A stretch of DNA of 64,000 nucleotides from Octopus sinensis (lineage: Eukaryota): positions 85,932,001 to 85,996,000 of the forward strand of contig NC_043002.1 in the NCBI RefSeq assembly GCF_006345805.1. Reading direction: 5' to 3'. Position numbers and translations under genes: made by a program. Positions 26,131 to 39,067 of the stretch are shown piece after piece (within the stretch, counting starts at the first letter, position 1; each line of letters begins with the position of its first letter). The notes below the pieces were generated by a model. The model searched no databases, had not been told where the DNA came from, and was given only the letters and a program-made list of their open reading frames with translations.

Positions 26131-26525
26131 AAAATACAAAATGGGACAAGAACACAAAACATCCAGATAGACGATACAAAAAACACGGATGGATCATTTG
26201 AAGCCTTTAATCTTCAGTCAAGAACCAGATCATCATCGCAATTTCAGCTGATTAATCTTGAGATTGCTCCAATCTGGCCAGCCCCAAGGAAAAACTAAGC
26301 TAAGAGCATTAGATTCCTTGGAAAAAAGCTTTGAATGTATACGAAATAAGGATGGAAAATACAAAATACAAAAATAATACAAAAAAAACAACAATAATAA
26401 TAATAATAATAACAGGACATAACAACAGATGTCTTTCGACTGGAGACAAATTGAATTCAGCTGGCGTGTTAGGAATTAAGCCTTATCAATATTTTTCCTC
26501 TGCTGTAAGGCTTAATTCCTAACAC
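26125..26525. mobile_element. (TA)n-adjacent A-rich repeat; a related copy lies at 63281-63840
   Basis: Both copies share aaaatacaaaatgggacaagaa...acatccagatagacgatacaaa...agattgctccaatctggccagcccca...aaaactaagctaagagcattagattccttggaa. Confidence 0.7.
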
Positions 26526-27484
26526 ATATGCTGATATGTGTCTTGGAGGAATTCTCTTATCACATTAATGTTGCCTGTGCTGCAGGTGGTGACCACATTA
26601 AACACTTGTAAGACAGGAAATAAAAGCTGATTGTGAGTAAATACTTGTGACTTAGCTGGAGTTTCTATTGCTTTTCCTTATTAAAATATTGTGTTATGAA
26701 ATTGGTTCATTCTTTTTGAATAACCCTGTATATAATACTAGAGACTCCTGAAGGCCTGTATGCAATTATGCAAAATCGTAATAGACTATTTTGAGAATAA
26801 ATTACATTTAGATGCCTGGAGGGTTTTGTTGTTGCTTTACTATTGACTTCTTTGAACTAGAAATAATGTGGAATTTTATTAGAAGGTAGGTTGCGAAATG
26901 ATTGATCTTATCATGTTACTAACTGTATTTTATCAATATCGAGGAGCCAGAAGCAAAAGTCAATCACTTTGTATATTCAATTTTGGCACAGTTCACTCCA
27001 AATTAGATTCCATGAAGTATTCCATTCCTTATTCAATCATCTCATCCATCTTTACTGCTGTCAGTGGCTTTAATATTTTCATTGTCAATAAGTTTTCTGA
27101 TTTTATGACAATATTCAAAATTGGCATCTTAAGATAGCAAGTTTGACATTTGATCCTTGAACCATATTTCAATCAATGGTGAAAATGGGTTCTAGGAACT
27201 TCATCATTGTCGGCGGCGGCATCATTTAACGTCCATTTTCCATGTTGGCATGGGTTGGATGGTTTGACAGGAGCTGGTCAGCTGAAGGGCTGCCCAGGCT
27301 CCATGTCTGTTTTGCCTTGGTTTCTACAGCTGGATGCCCTTCATAACACCAACCACTTTACAGAATGTATTGGGTGCTGTTTTGCAGCACCAGCACAGGT
27401 GCTTTTTCTAGCAGCTATGTTTTCAGAACAACCTCCACCACTGCTAACCTGGTAACATAAGTAATGGAAACTGTCGGCTACTTC

Positions 27485-27880
27485 TTTGAGAGAATCTAGT
27501 TTTGTACATTCCTGATGTTTAACGTACCTGTACATCTACCACATGTAAAGATAACTCCCTCTATTAATCTCCCAGTGATACTGCTGCACCTCTTATGTGT
27601 CCATAACTTGCACTGGGTACACCATATGGAGCTTCTCCCGAAATCTTTTCTACATATTGAGCAGGGCTATCTCTTTGAATGGGGGGGATCTGTGATTTGT
27701 CTGTTTTCCTACTTATTAGAACTTTGGTCGTTGCTAAATTAACTCTAAGACTTTTGGATTCCAAATATTGCTTCCCTACTTGAAATTTCTTCTCTAGTTG
27801 TGGTAGTGATTCAATAATAACAACAAGGTCGTTAGTGTAGAGGAGCTCCCAAGAGTAACCAATTTTAAATTGCTCATTAA
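27485..27880 (-). mobile_element. RTE-clade LINE reverse transcriptase fragment
   Basis: WELLYTNDLVV (degenerate YADD) ...LESKSLRVNLATTKVLIS. Confidence 0.75.
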
Positions 27881-28057
27881 TGCCAGTGAGTTTGAAGATG
27901 GAAAGAAAGTAAGGTTTGATTGTAAAAATGTCCACTCCACCTCTCCAAGACCTGAAAACAAGAGAATTGTTGTCCACTGTGTATTCACCTCAATTTCCAT
28001 CACCAATTTTTTTTCTGAATTGTATCAAGGGTGAAAACATCTTTTCTTATTTTTCAG

Positions 28058-28201
28058 CCGTAACAGAAAAGCCAAGTACAACTTGCAGATGGATCTTAAA
28101 GACAAGCTGCATGGAATTAACATTGATGAATACTGTCAACAACTTAGAAGCCATTCCTCGGACATAGACTACAATGATGCAGCAGTAAAAATATCACCAA
28201 A
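28058..28201 (+). CDS. TEKT1: Tektin-1 exon 5
   Basis: ttcag|C...AA|gtactt. Encodes RNRKAKYNLQMDLKDKLHGINIDEYCQQLRSHSSDIDYNDAAVKISPK. Confidence 0.92.
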
Positions 28202-29388
28202 GTACTTTTTTTTTCTCTTAGTTTTGTAATGAATTCCAGTCTACATTTGAAAACTATTTCTCTAATACCTTGATGAATGGTACCAGAGTTTACTTGCTTG
28301 TTTGTGTGTGTGTGTGTGGTGTGTGTGTGTGTGTGTGTGTGGTGTGTGTGTGTGTGTGCGTGCATGTGTATTAACATTTGTAAGCAGTAAAATTTAAGAA
28401 ATAAGTAACATCTATAAATAAATTGTTTGTTTCAAATGGTGGGCAAACAAGATAAGGTTCAGTTTTTGCTAGAATCTATAGTTGTTAGTTTTACATTATT
28501 TCTTTGTTTGTAATGATTTAGACTGATGATCCATTCCTTGTTAGAGCCAACTGGAAGACAGGTGAATATTTTCTGGCGGTATTTCCTCTGTAATAACAGT
28601 GATAGAATAAATATAGAATTTCTACTAATATTTTCTTTAGTATCTTACAACAGATAAGAAAAAATACAACAGACATGTGTTTTGTGGGTTCATGTATGGC
28701 TGGTATCAGAAATGGTTATGGGTAGGTGTGTGAAGTACTGTCTTATTCAAAAATATATCGAGTGCTGCTACAACCAATCAAAATAATTATCACAGGCATA
28801 TCCCCTTTATTTTGGGAGCAAAGGTTGTCAGATTTCCAAGGGTAAACTACTAATTCCCAATGTTTGTAATGTATACATATAGTCTTTGAAGTAAAGATTT
28901 TCTAGTTCTTACTTCAAATAATTGGTTAATAAGTGATATTAGGCAATATAAGCACAATCTTTTTTTGGCTCTTTTAGTCAGTAGGGAAAGCTAGTAGCCA
29001 TGACCTTTTATAGGGCCTCTGAAACTGGTGGATGGAAGGGAAGGAGTGAGATAGAATATCTTAAAATTAGAAACCTAGACCAAATGCTTTCAACAGAGTG
29101 GACTCCATTAAAGCACTGAAGATGCCAGGTGTTACACCACGAGATGAGTTAAGTCTGCTACCCAAGTTGACTAAGGTATGATTTGAACTCAGAGGGCAAA
29201 GAGCCGGAACGAATACTGCAAGGCAACCTGTTCAACATTCTTATAGTTTCACCTTTCTAACCTAGGATTGGTACTTTTTATCAATCCCAAAAGGACAAAA
29301 GACAAAGTTGACTGCGGCAGGATTTAAACTCAAAACACATGGAACAAACAAACATATATTGCAAAATATTTTGTCTGAAGCTCTGACG

Positions 29389-29887
29389 CAGAGGTTCTCA
29401 ATGTGGACGGTACTGCCCTAAAGAAAGCACTGGGTGTGTTGAAGGGGCTGGTTAAGGGGTCAGTAAGGTAGCATAATTAACATACTAACTTTTTACTTAT
29501 AATAGTAATTATACTATACATGATAAAAGTAGTAATGGTTATGAAAATAAAATGAGAAAGAAGTAGTGTGCTGCTATTTTTAGCAAGTTGAGCGAATCTA
29601 CATAGTTGCTTGACCTGATATAGAATATTTAGTTAGATCTCACCATACAAAGAAATCACCAACCTGCAATGGATAAAGTAAATTTACAATTTTTGTCTTT
29701 ATTAACTTTTTTATCATTTCACTGATAAAAACTTATGCAATCCATTTTTTTTTTAAGTAAAATTTATAAATTATCATCCATGTTAAGTCAGTTAAACCAT
29801 GAAAACTCACTCACCACTTAATTGGATGCTAGGCATAACAACTATTTAAAAAAAGGTACTCCAAAATAAAAGGTTAAGAACTACTGC
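29389..29887. mobile_element. hAT-like MITE; another hAT-like element at 37389-37933 carries a nested SINE
   Basis: Termini cagaggttctcaa / ttaagaactactg, and caggcatgggcaa / ttgcccatgactg. Confidence 0.5.
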
Positions 29888-29967
29888 TCTAGTGGATTTG
29901 AGCCATATATCATGACTACTTACACTAATAATTGCCTACTTACTTCCTTACCAATCTGCTTCCTTAA

Positions 29968-30571
29968 CCCTTTAGCATTCAGATTGTTCTGTCAAATACA
30001 ATGCTTATTTATTTACATTGTTTAGAATTAATCATGTATTATCTCATGTGGATGTGCAATGGCCCAGTGGTTAGGGCAGCAGACTCGTGGTCGTAGGATC
30101 ACGGTTTCAATTCCCTGACTGGGCGTTGTGATTGTTTATTAACACCTAAAGCTCCACGAGGCTTCAGCAAGGGATGGTGGTGATCTCTGCTGTACTCCTT
30201 TGCCACAACTTTCTCTCACTCTTTCTTCTGTTGGCCTTCCTGCTTAGCCAGTGGGGTGGCGTCATTTGAAGGCTAAAACAATGCGAAGCTCATTGTGACC
30301 AGCGATGTGTAGCAACATCTGATAGCCTGGTCAGTCATGGTGATTAACTCATAGCTTTGAGATTTCGATGATGTAATAGTATATTTTTAGAATGATATTA
30401 TATAGGCGCAGGAGTGGCTGTGTGGTAAGTAACTTGCTTACCAACCACATGGTTCCGGGTTCAGTCCCACTGCGTGGCATGTTGGGCAAGTGTCTTCCAC
30501 TATAGCCTCGGGCCAACCAAAGCCTTGTGAGTGGATTTGGTAGACGGAAACAGAAAGAAGCCCGTCGTATA

Positions 30572-30622
<51 letters not shown>

Positions 30623-31139
30623 TTGTCCCCTCAACATCGCTTTACAACCGATGCTGGTGTATTTACGTCGCCGTCACTTAGCGGTTCGCCAAAAGAGACT
30701 GATAGAATAAGTACTGGGCTTACAAAGAATAAGTCCTGGGGTCGATTTGCTTGACTAAAGACAGTGCTCCAGCATGGTCGCAGTCAAATGACTGAAACAA
30801 GTAAAAGAGTAAAGAGTGTATGGTAGGTGTGTGAGACCGAATCTAGTCAGTTTGAATATAAAACATGTAGAATATTTGGGCTGAATATGCCTAAATGGTT
30901 TAAATGCTAAAGGGTTAACCCTTTAGCATTTAAACCGGCCATATCCGGCCAAAAGTATTCTGCCTGTTTTATGTTCAAACTGGCCAGATCTGGCCTCTCA
31001 CACCAACCCTACAATGTCGTTTTAAAAATTAACAGCTACCTCATCAAAATCTCATAGCTACAAGATAATGCATGATTAGTTCAAAACAATGAGGACGAAA
31101 AAGCTTTAATTATGGCAGAATAATGTGAACACTAAAGGG
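29968..31139. mobile_element. Two abutting piggyBac-like MITEs sharing one TTAA (30915-30918); the left one carries two nested SINEs
   Basis: TTAA-ccctttagc...ctaaaggg-TTAA termini. Further copies lie at ~1051, 21461-21677, 48388, 50218 and 60946-61155. Confidence 0.8.
30048..30345 (+). mobile_element. tRNA-derived SINE, family C; a second copy lies at 33135-33332 (-)
   Basis: tggcccagtggttagggcagc (A box) ...ggtttcaattccc (B box) ...cacctaaagctccacgagg. Confidence 0.75.
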
Positions 31140-31383
31140 TTAAACTAGATTCTATAATGTTTTTTTCTGCTCTGTTAACCATACTATTTTATCTTCACAA
31201 TATAATTTGTTGTTCACTTAGTATTATCAGTATAGGTTATTCTACTAAGGCCACCTGGCAAGTGTTAGTTATGTGCTTTAAGTCCTATTAGGGGGGCTTT
31301 TCAGAGAAATTTTGTGAGACAGAGCAAGACTTCCTTCAAGCTTCTGGTGGTGGTGAGGGTGGGTTCCTTTTAAAATTCATTGG

Positions 31384-31626
31384 GGCAGTAGCTGTAGCAG
31401 CAACAGCAGCAGTAGTAGTAGCAGCAGCAGCAGCAGCGGTAGCAGTAGTAGTAGTAGTAGTAGCAGCAGCAGTAGCCTCAGCAGCAGCAGTAGTAGTAGT
31501 AGTAGTAGCAGCAGCAGTAGCCTCAGCAGCAGCAGTAGTAGTAGTAGTAGTAGTAGCAGCAGTAGCAGTAGTAGTAGTAGTAGTAGTAGCAGCAGCAGCA
31601 GTAGTAGCAGTAGTAGTAGTAGTAGT

Positions 31627-31658
<32 letters not shown>

Positions 31659-31864
31659 CAGCAGCAGCAGCAGAAGTAGTAGCAGCAGCAGCAGCAGCAG
31701 TAGTAGCAGTAGTAGTAGTAGTAGTAGTAGTATTAATAAGTAGAACATCACTTTTATGCTTCAGTGTTAGTAGTAGTAGTAGCAACAGCAGTAGTAGTAG
31801 TAGTAGTAGTAGTAGCAGCAGCAGCAGCAGCAGTAGTAGTAGCAGCAGCAGCAGCAGCAGTAGT

Positions 31865-31919
<55 letters not shown>

Positions 31920-31957
31920 TTAATAAGTAGAACATCACTTTTATGTTTCAGTGTTAG
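31384..31957. repeat. Compound (AGT)n/(AGC)n trinucleotide array with a duplicated 40-bp unique spacer
   Basis: The spacer tattaataagtagaacatcacttttatgyttcagtgttag occurs at 31731-31770 and 31918-31957. Confidence 0.95.
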
Positions 31958-31991
31958 TTTCATGATGGAGTTTCTTTGATTTTTATTGTAG

Positions 31992-32214
31992 ATCTGTATC
32001 GGTTGACGAATGGCAGGCATTTTCCAACAAAAACATTATTAAAGCGGAACAGGAAAGAGAAACCTCAACTAACCTACGTTCATTGATAGATGGTATCCTT
32101 CAGCAAATTGCCAATGACATGAAACAGCAGGGTGATGCTGTCAATTTGGCATTTTCTCGTAGAATTTCTGAAACTAGAGCTACCAAACAGAAGTTGGGAG
32201 ATAATCTAAATAAA
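31992..32214 (+). CDS. TEKT1: Tektin-1 exon 6
   Basis: gtag|A...AAA|gtaagt. Encodes SVSVDEWQAFSNKNIIKAEQERETSTNLRSLIDGILQQIANDMKQQGDAVNLAFSRRISETRATKQKLGDNLNK. Confidence 0.93.
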
Positions 32215-33328
32215 GTAAGTAGCCATGACTTCGTCATCTTTGCTATTTACAAGGTATCTTGAACTCAGAGAAATAGCAGCCAAATCTTCTACCATTATGA
32301 TGATCTACTTGTCTAATTGACATGAGCCAATATTAAAATATACACACAAATAGATACTCTCTCTTTTACTTGTTTCAGTCATTTCACTGTGGCCATGCTG
32401 GAGCACCGCCTTCAGTCGAGCAAATCGACCCCAGGACTTATTCTTTGGAAGCCTAGTACTTATTCTATCGGTCTCTTTTGCTGAACTGCTAAGTTACGGG
32501 GGATGTAAACACACCAGCATCGGTTGTCAAGCGATGTTGGGGGGGTCAAACACAGACATACAAACATATACACACACACACATACATATACATACATACG
32601 ACAGGCTTCTTCCAGTTTCTGTCTACCAAATCCACTCACAAGGCTTTGGTCGGCCTGAGGCTATAGTAGAAAACACTTGCCCAAGGTGCCACGCAGTGGG
32701 ACCGAACCCGGAACCATGTGGTTCGTAAGCAAACTACTTACCACACAGCCACTATGTGCAAGTATATAAATATATAACACACATACACAAATATATACAG
32801 AGAGGCCAGTGCCAACACCAAAACTAGAACTCCACCCACAAAAATTTTTGCTCTGTGTTTAGTGGAACATGAAAGGTATCATCCATTATGAGCTATTGGG
32901 ATACGGAAGGACCACCAATGCAGACATCCATTGCCTACAACTTGATCATGTAAATGAAAAATTACATTGAAAGTGGCCAGCTTTGGTAAACAGAAAAATT
33001 GTTACTCTCCAAAAGAGGGCGGCGAGCTGGCAGAAACGTTAGCACACCGGGCGAAATGCTTAGCGGTATTTCATCTGCCGTTACGTTCTGAGTTCAAATT
33101 CCGCTTAGGTCAACTTTGCCTTTCATCCTTTCGAGCAGGCCAACAGAAGAAAGAGTGAGAGAAAGTTGTGGCAAAGAGTACAGCAGGAATCGCCCCCCCC
33201 CCCTGCTGGAGCCTCATGGAGCTTTAGGCGTTTTCACTCAATAAACACTCACAGCGCCCGGTCTGGGAATCGAAACCGCGATCCTACGACTGCGAGTCTG
33301 ATGCCCTAATCACTGGGCCACTGCGCCT

Positions 33329-33375
<47 letters not shown>

Positions 33376-33932
33376 AATTGTCTGATTATGTATGTGTCTG
33401 CATTTTATTCAGAAAATACGAAATAAACACCCACAAAACCAAGTATATCATTATTAGCCGTCTCTCACTGAAGTTTTATTTGACATTTAATTTGATAGGT
33501 ACAGCAGTATTGTGTTTGGATTCATGTCTTAAAACTGTTCATGAGACTATTGGAAAATATAAACATTTCTCTTCTTCCAGTTATTTTACCTTTCTTCATT
33601 CTTTTTGATTTCTGAACTTGAGCCATTTTGTGTGTGTGTGTGTGTGTGCGTGTGTGTATGTGCATGCACACATGCATATGTGCGTCCACATATATGTATG
33701 AACTAATGAAAGAACTAATTGAAGAGCTTCTACATGATATCTTGACCTGAATGAAACAGCAATTAAATCTCCTTCAAAGAATATATATATATGCCTGAGC
33801 CAACTAGGGAGTCACTAGTTGTCTTCTATCTATATGGTCCCATCAATTACTATATCTAAGCATTGAATCTTTTACTCTCTGGGAGCTCTTGACGTTTATA
33901 CTCCATCTAATTGAGGGTCTATTTACTTCCAG

Positions 33933-34289
33933 GTACATCAACAGATTTTGGAACTCGAAGAAAACATAAGCAGGTTGTTGATTGCTATAGCTGACAAGGA
34001 GCAGCCACTTAAGTTAGCTGAAACCCGTCTTGAAAAACGAGACTTCCGTCCTAACGTTGAGCTCTGTCGTGACCAAGTACAGTACAGACTGATTAAAGAG
34101 GTCCATGAACTGCGGCTCTCTATTAAAGAACTACAGAACTGTCTCTATGAATCAAACTGCACCATGAAGAAATTGCTTCAAAACCAGCGCGACTTGGAAG
34201 CAGATATTGATGTTAAAGCCAAATCATTGTTCATAGATGAGGTGGAGTGTATGGGCTTGAGGAAAAGCATTAACATTCAAGCATATTAA
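33933..34289 (+). CDS. TEKT1: Tektin-1 exon 7 (terminal)
   Basis: ccag|GTA CAT... Contains the tektin signature RPNVELCRD and the stop TAA ending at 34289. The spliced CDS totals 1218 nt (405 aa plus stop) in one open frame. A candidate AATAAA lies at ~34746. Confidence 0.96.
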   Translation, partial: VHQQILELEENISRLLIAIADKEQPLKLAETRLEKRDFRPNVELCRDQVQYRLIKEVHELRLSIKELQNCLYESNCTMKKLLQNQRDLEADIDVKAKSLFIDEVECMGLRKSINIQAY

Positions 34290-34924
34290 AAAGATTTCCA
34301 ATCAAATGTTTTCATACTTGTATTTGTACTAGTGGCAGCACAGTCTTACCTAGTTCCTTGTTTGCAGACTCTTCTTTTAGTTTTTAATTTGAGGCCTTTA
34401 TCAGACAAGGCTGATCATGCATGTGAGTGGAATTCATTAGAAAGATTTTTCTTTTTATGTTCCATTTAAATGTCTGAGAAACTTAACCAAATTCCCTCTT
34501 TTACTGGTTAAATTGCATAACAAAAATGTTATAATGATCTAAATTTAATTTGCATTATTTAAATTTTGTTTATTAATGAATCTGGAAGAAAACTTAGTGG
34601 TCCTCTTACTTAGCAGTTTGACAAATAGAGATCGATAAAATAAGTACCAAATAGAAATAATTACTGGTGGTCATCATAATCAACAAAAACTTTTGGTGAT
34701 GGTACTCCAGCAGAGACATAGTCAACTTAGAGAAACCAGTAAAGCAATAAAATGTTACTTTTTTCTTACAGTGTCTTTATTTTGAAAGAATTAATAAAAT
34801 TTTGAATCATAAATTTGAAATTGTATCTTGTAGAAATGAATATTGCCATAATATAAATAGTGCTATAGTGATTGACAAGGAGTATGAGAGAATCTCCTGG
34901 AAAATTAAATCTGCAAGCCAATTG

Positions 34925-35355
34925 GGATCTTTTCGGTTTGAACGACAGTTTTTTCTAGCGGTGTCATATGAAATTGTCACCCATAATTATGACCCTAGTA
35001 TCGATCTATTGCATTTCAATCTGTTTTAGGGTTAGGGTTAGTTAGGGTTAGGGTTAGGGTGGGGGAAGGGTATCTTTTTTTCTTCACAAATGTAAATAAA
35101 CCCAATCTGTTTCTTAAACGAGGGACATATTCATACGGCACAGAATGTTTTTACCTCAATAGACATCAGTGATTAGTTGAAATTGCAGAAATTGAAGAAA
35201 AAAAAACAACAAATATCTTACAAACTATAGAATTTTCTCAATAAAGCCAAGAGAAAAAGATGTTTTATAAACACATTCTACCAGTATACAAAGTTTAAAA
35301 TTTTTTAGTTACCTAGAAATTATGTTAAAAACTGCCGTTCAAACCAAAAAGATCC
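34925..35355. mobile_element. GG-terminal MITE with a perfect 8-bp TSD and internal TTAGGG repeats
   Basis: TSD gccaattg at 34917-34924 and 35356-35363. Same family as 17726-18119 and the partial copy at 46146-46431. Confidence 0.85.
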
Positions 35356-35409
35356 GCCAATTGTTGATTAACCCTTTAGCATTCAAATTACTCCATCAAA
35401 TGCTTATGA

Positions 35410-36870
35410 ATAGGTATCAAATAGGAAGGCCAATTGTCCTCAATAATGATGCAGTGGAAACAGCAACTGAAGAGGATCCACATCAAATATCAGGGATTTA
35501 CCTGAAGGCTAAATAAACCCAAGTCCACAGTGAAATATCATCTGAAGCAGATTGGGTGGGTAGAGAAGGGAAGTGGGTATCTTGAGGTGGGTCCCCCAAG
35601 AATAAAGTAGTGTGTTCAACAATTTTCTAATCGTGGATGAGCATACATCTTTTCTTAACTGAATGCAACAAATGATGCGGGCATGGCTGTATGGTTAGGG
35701 AGCTTGCTTCCTAGCTACATGGTTTCAGGTTCAGTTCCACTGCGTGGCACTTAGGGCAGGTGTCTTCCACTATAACCCTGAGTCGACCGAAGCTTTGTGA
35801 TTGAATTCGGTAGGTGGAAGTTACTGCCGTGTGTGTATATGTACGTGTAGGTGCTCAGTGCCTCTCCGAAAGAGAGAGAAGGGGATGAGAAATAGATAGT
35901 CTAAGCTAACAATAAATGTAAGAAATAGTAGCTATCACTAAATAAAAAATCCAATTCCAATACTCAAACCAGATAAACATCCAAACAAGATTTTGCTGTG
36001 CATTTCGTGGAATACCATGTGTGGTTCACTTTGAATTATGGAACAAGGGAAAAAGCTTCACTGCAAATTTTATTCTTTTCTACTCTAGGCACAAGGCCCA
36101 AAATTATATTTTGAATGACTAAATATATTTATAACATGTTTTATGCTGATTTGAACTCATTACACGAAATGCAACCTTAGGTACCTCTAACACAGTCAAT
36201 TAGATCGACCCCAGTATGCAACTGGCATTTAGTTTATTGACCCCGAAAGTTTGAAAGGCAAAGTCGATCTCAGAAAGAATTTGAACTCAGAATGTAGCGG
36301 CAGACGAAATACCACTAAGCATTTTACCCAGCATGCTAATGATTCTGCCAGTTTGCTGTCTTACTGTAGGACTTTATTGTCAACAATTTGAATGAGTCAT
36401 ATTTTGCTCAAAAATTCATCAAAAATTCATCATGAACTGAAAGGCGTTATCCTGCAACATGATAATGCAAGGTCACATTCAACAAAGATAACCTAAGAAA
36501 AGATAAATTCATTAGTCTGAAAAGCTCTGCCTCACCCTTCCCATTCACCAGACCTGACACCATCAGATTTTCACTTATTCAAGTCATCTGAACACTTTGC
36601 CAGTGGAAAAAACATTCAGAAACAAGGACGATGTCAAAACAGCACCCCAAACATTTTTCTCTTCTCAAGAACCTGATTTTTGTCTTTTTTTTTTTTTGTT
36701 TTTTTTTTGGTTTTGTTTTGCCTGAGGAATCAGAAAACTGGTTTCAATGTAGGAAAATGTTATTGTTTAAAAATGATGGCAATTATACTTTGAATGACTA
36801 AATATATTTATAACATGTTTTATGCTGATTTGAACTCATTACACGAAATGCAACATTAGGTACCTCTAAC
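35410..36870 (+). mobile_element. Highly decayed mariner transposon interrupted by SINEs
   Basis: GRPIVLNNDAV..., WVPQE, GVILQHDNARSH and PHPSHSPDLTPSDFHLF. Confidence 0.8.
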
Positions 36871-38046
36871 ACACACATGCACCACCACCATCATCATCAT
36901 CATCATCATCATCATTATCATCATTACCATCATCATTGTCATTGTTTAACGTCCTCCTTCAATGCTGAAATAGGTTAGGAGCTGGCAAGTCAGAAGACTG
37001 TACCAAGCTCTAATGTCTGTTTTTGGTATGGTTTATATGGGCAGGATGCCCTTCCAAATGCCAACCACTTTACAAAGAGTACTGGATGCTTTTTGCATGG
37101 CATCAGTAGCTGTGGGGTCACCAAGTAACTTTCAAGACAAGACCCCTGCCCCACCTCAACTGAGTGGGAAGAAGAATTAATGAGTTGGGGGTTTTGTGCC
37201 AGGTGATGAGAGGTTAGAGCCTGAACATAGTGACAGAAATCAGTGTCTTGCTGTAGAATAGATACATGACTACCCCCAGTTGGCGAGAGAGAGAGAAATG
37301 AACATAAGTAGAAGAAGGGATTTAACAGGGATACATTGTGTATAGGTAGGTCTAAGAGGGTACAAGAATCCATTTATATGATATATTACAGGCATGGGCA
37401 ACATTTCTCAAGAAGCAGTCCACAGACGTAGGAGTGGCTGTGTGGTTAGTAGCTTGCTTACGAACTACATGGTTCCGGGTTCAGTCCCACTGCATGGACA
37501 AGTGTCTTCTACTATAGCTTCAGGCCAACCAAAGCCTTGTGAGTGGATTTGGTAGATGGAAACTGAAAGAAGCCCATCGTATGTATATATATATATATGT
37601 ATGTATGTATGTGTGTGTGTCTGTGTTTGTCCCCCCCCAACATCGCTTGACAACTGATGCTGGTGTGTTTACATCCCTGTAACTTAGCAGTTCGGCAAAA
37701 GAGACCGATAGAATAAGTACTAGGCTTACAAAGAATAAGTCCTGGGGTTGATTTGCTCGACTAAAGGTGGTGCTCCAGCATTGCCACAGTGAAATGACTG
37801 AAACAAGTAAGAGAGTAAAGAGAATGAGACAATTCACCAATATGTGGGGTGCATTACTAAGAAAACTGAAGGTAATTTTTCAATAGGCATGCCATTCAGA
37901 AAGTCCTGCAAGCTGCAGGTTGCCCATGACTGGTACATTATATATCCTTATTCATTATCAGTGTTCAAATACACCATGTATTATTTTACTTAGTCCCTTT
38001 TTGTTTAATATACAGATAGAAATATGCACATATATATGCAAATGAA

Positions 38047-38100
<54 letters not shown>

Positions 38101-39067
38101 ATATATAAATTTCTTTACTACCCACAATGGGCTAAACACAGAGAGGACAAACAAGGACAGACAAACAGATTAAGTTGATTATATTGACCCCAGTGTGTAA
38201 CTGGTACTTATTTAATACTGCTAAGCATTTTGCCCGCCGCTACGTTCTGAGTTCAAATTCCGCCGAGGTTGACTTTGCCCTTCATCCTTTCGGGTTCGAT
38301 AAATAAAGTACCAGTTTCGCACTGGGGTCGATGTAATCAACTTAATGTCCTTGTTTGTCCCCTCTATGTTTAGCCCCTTGTGGGCAGTAAAGAAATATAT
38401 ATATATATATATATATATAGTTAATCCAAACATGAACAAGCAAGAAAAAACAACAACGCAAGGATGTGGAATAAGTAGTGTTATTGGACAATCAGGAAAG
38501 GAAAGAAAAGAAAGAGGATTTCACGTTTTGAGCAGAGCTCTTCGTTAGAAATATAGAAAAAGTCCAAAGAAGGGAAGATGGAGAAAGAAAATCGCCAACG
38601 ATACACACACATATATATATATATATAGGCAGAAATATAAAAGGACACTAATCAGCACCAGTATTGCTAGAAATAAGAGTCAAAACAACTCAACACCCAC
38701 AGACAGTGCTATCTTAATGATTGACAAATGATGTCTATATTTTTGCCTTTAGGTGTTTTAAAACTGTGAATAAGCCAGCCTATATATATATATCCTTTCT
38801 CTATCCTTTATTATTCTTTTTTCTCCTCTTTCTTGATTGTCCTTGCCAGAGGAGCATGCTCTCTTCGAATGTTTTCGGACAGTTTGTTTTCTGTCTTAGA
38901 CACCGCATGTCATTCTCTTTCTATCACCAATCTCTCTCTCTCTCCTCCTCCTCTAACACCCACATCTGACACAAATATTACCAAAAGTGTGCAAGCCTTG
39001 TCATTAATAAAAATCCTCTTACTACTGTAAAACAGCTGACTTTTACAGCCTCTGTGTGACGAATTGT

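Noticed and set aside
30048-30125. tRNA genes at SINE heads
   Set aside because: A/B-box-like heads continue into SINE bodies, and no complete cloverleaf can be supported.
31336-32020. Poly-L, poly-T/A and poly-V ORFs resembling mucin or antifreeze proteins
   Set aside because: These are stop-free frames of an intronic trinucleotide array.
35026-35060. Interstitial telomere or chromosome-fusion scar
   Set aside because: The TTAGGG units are internal to a MITE with TIRs and a perfect TSD.
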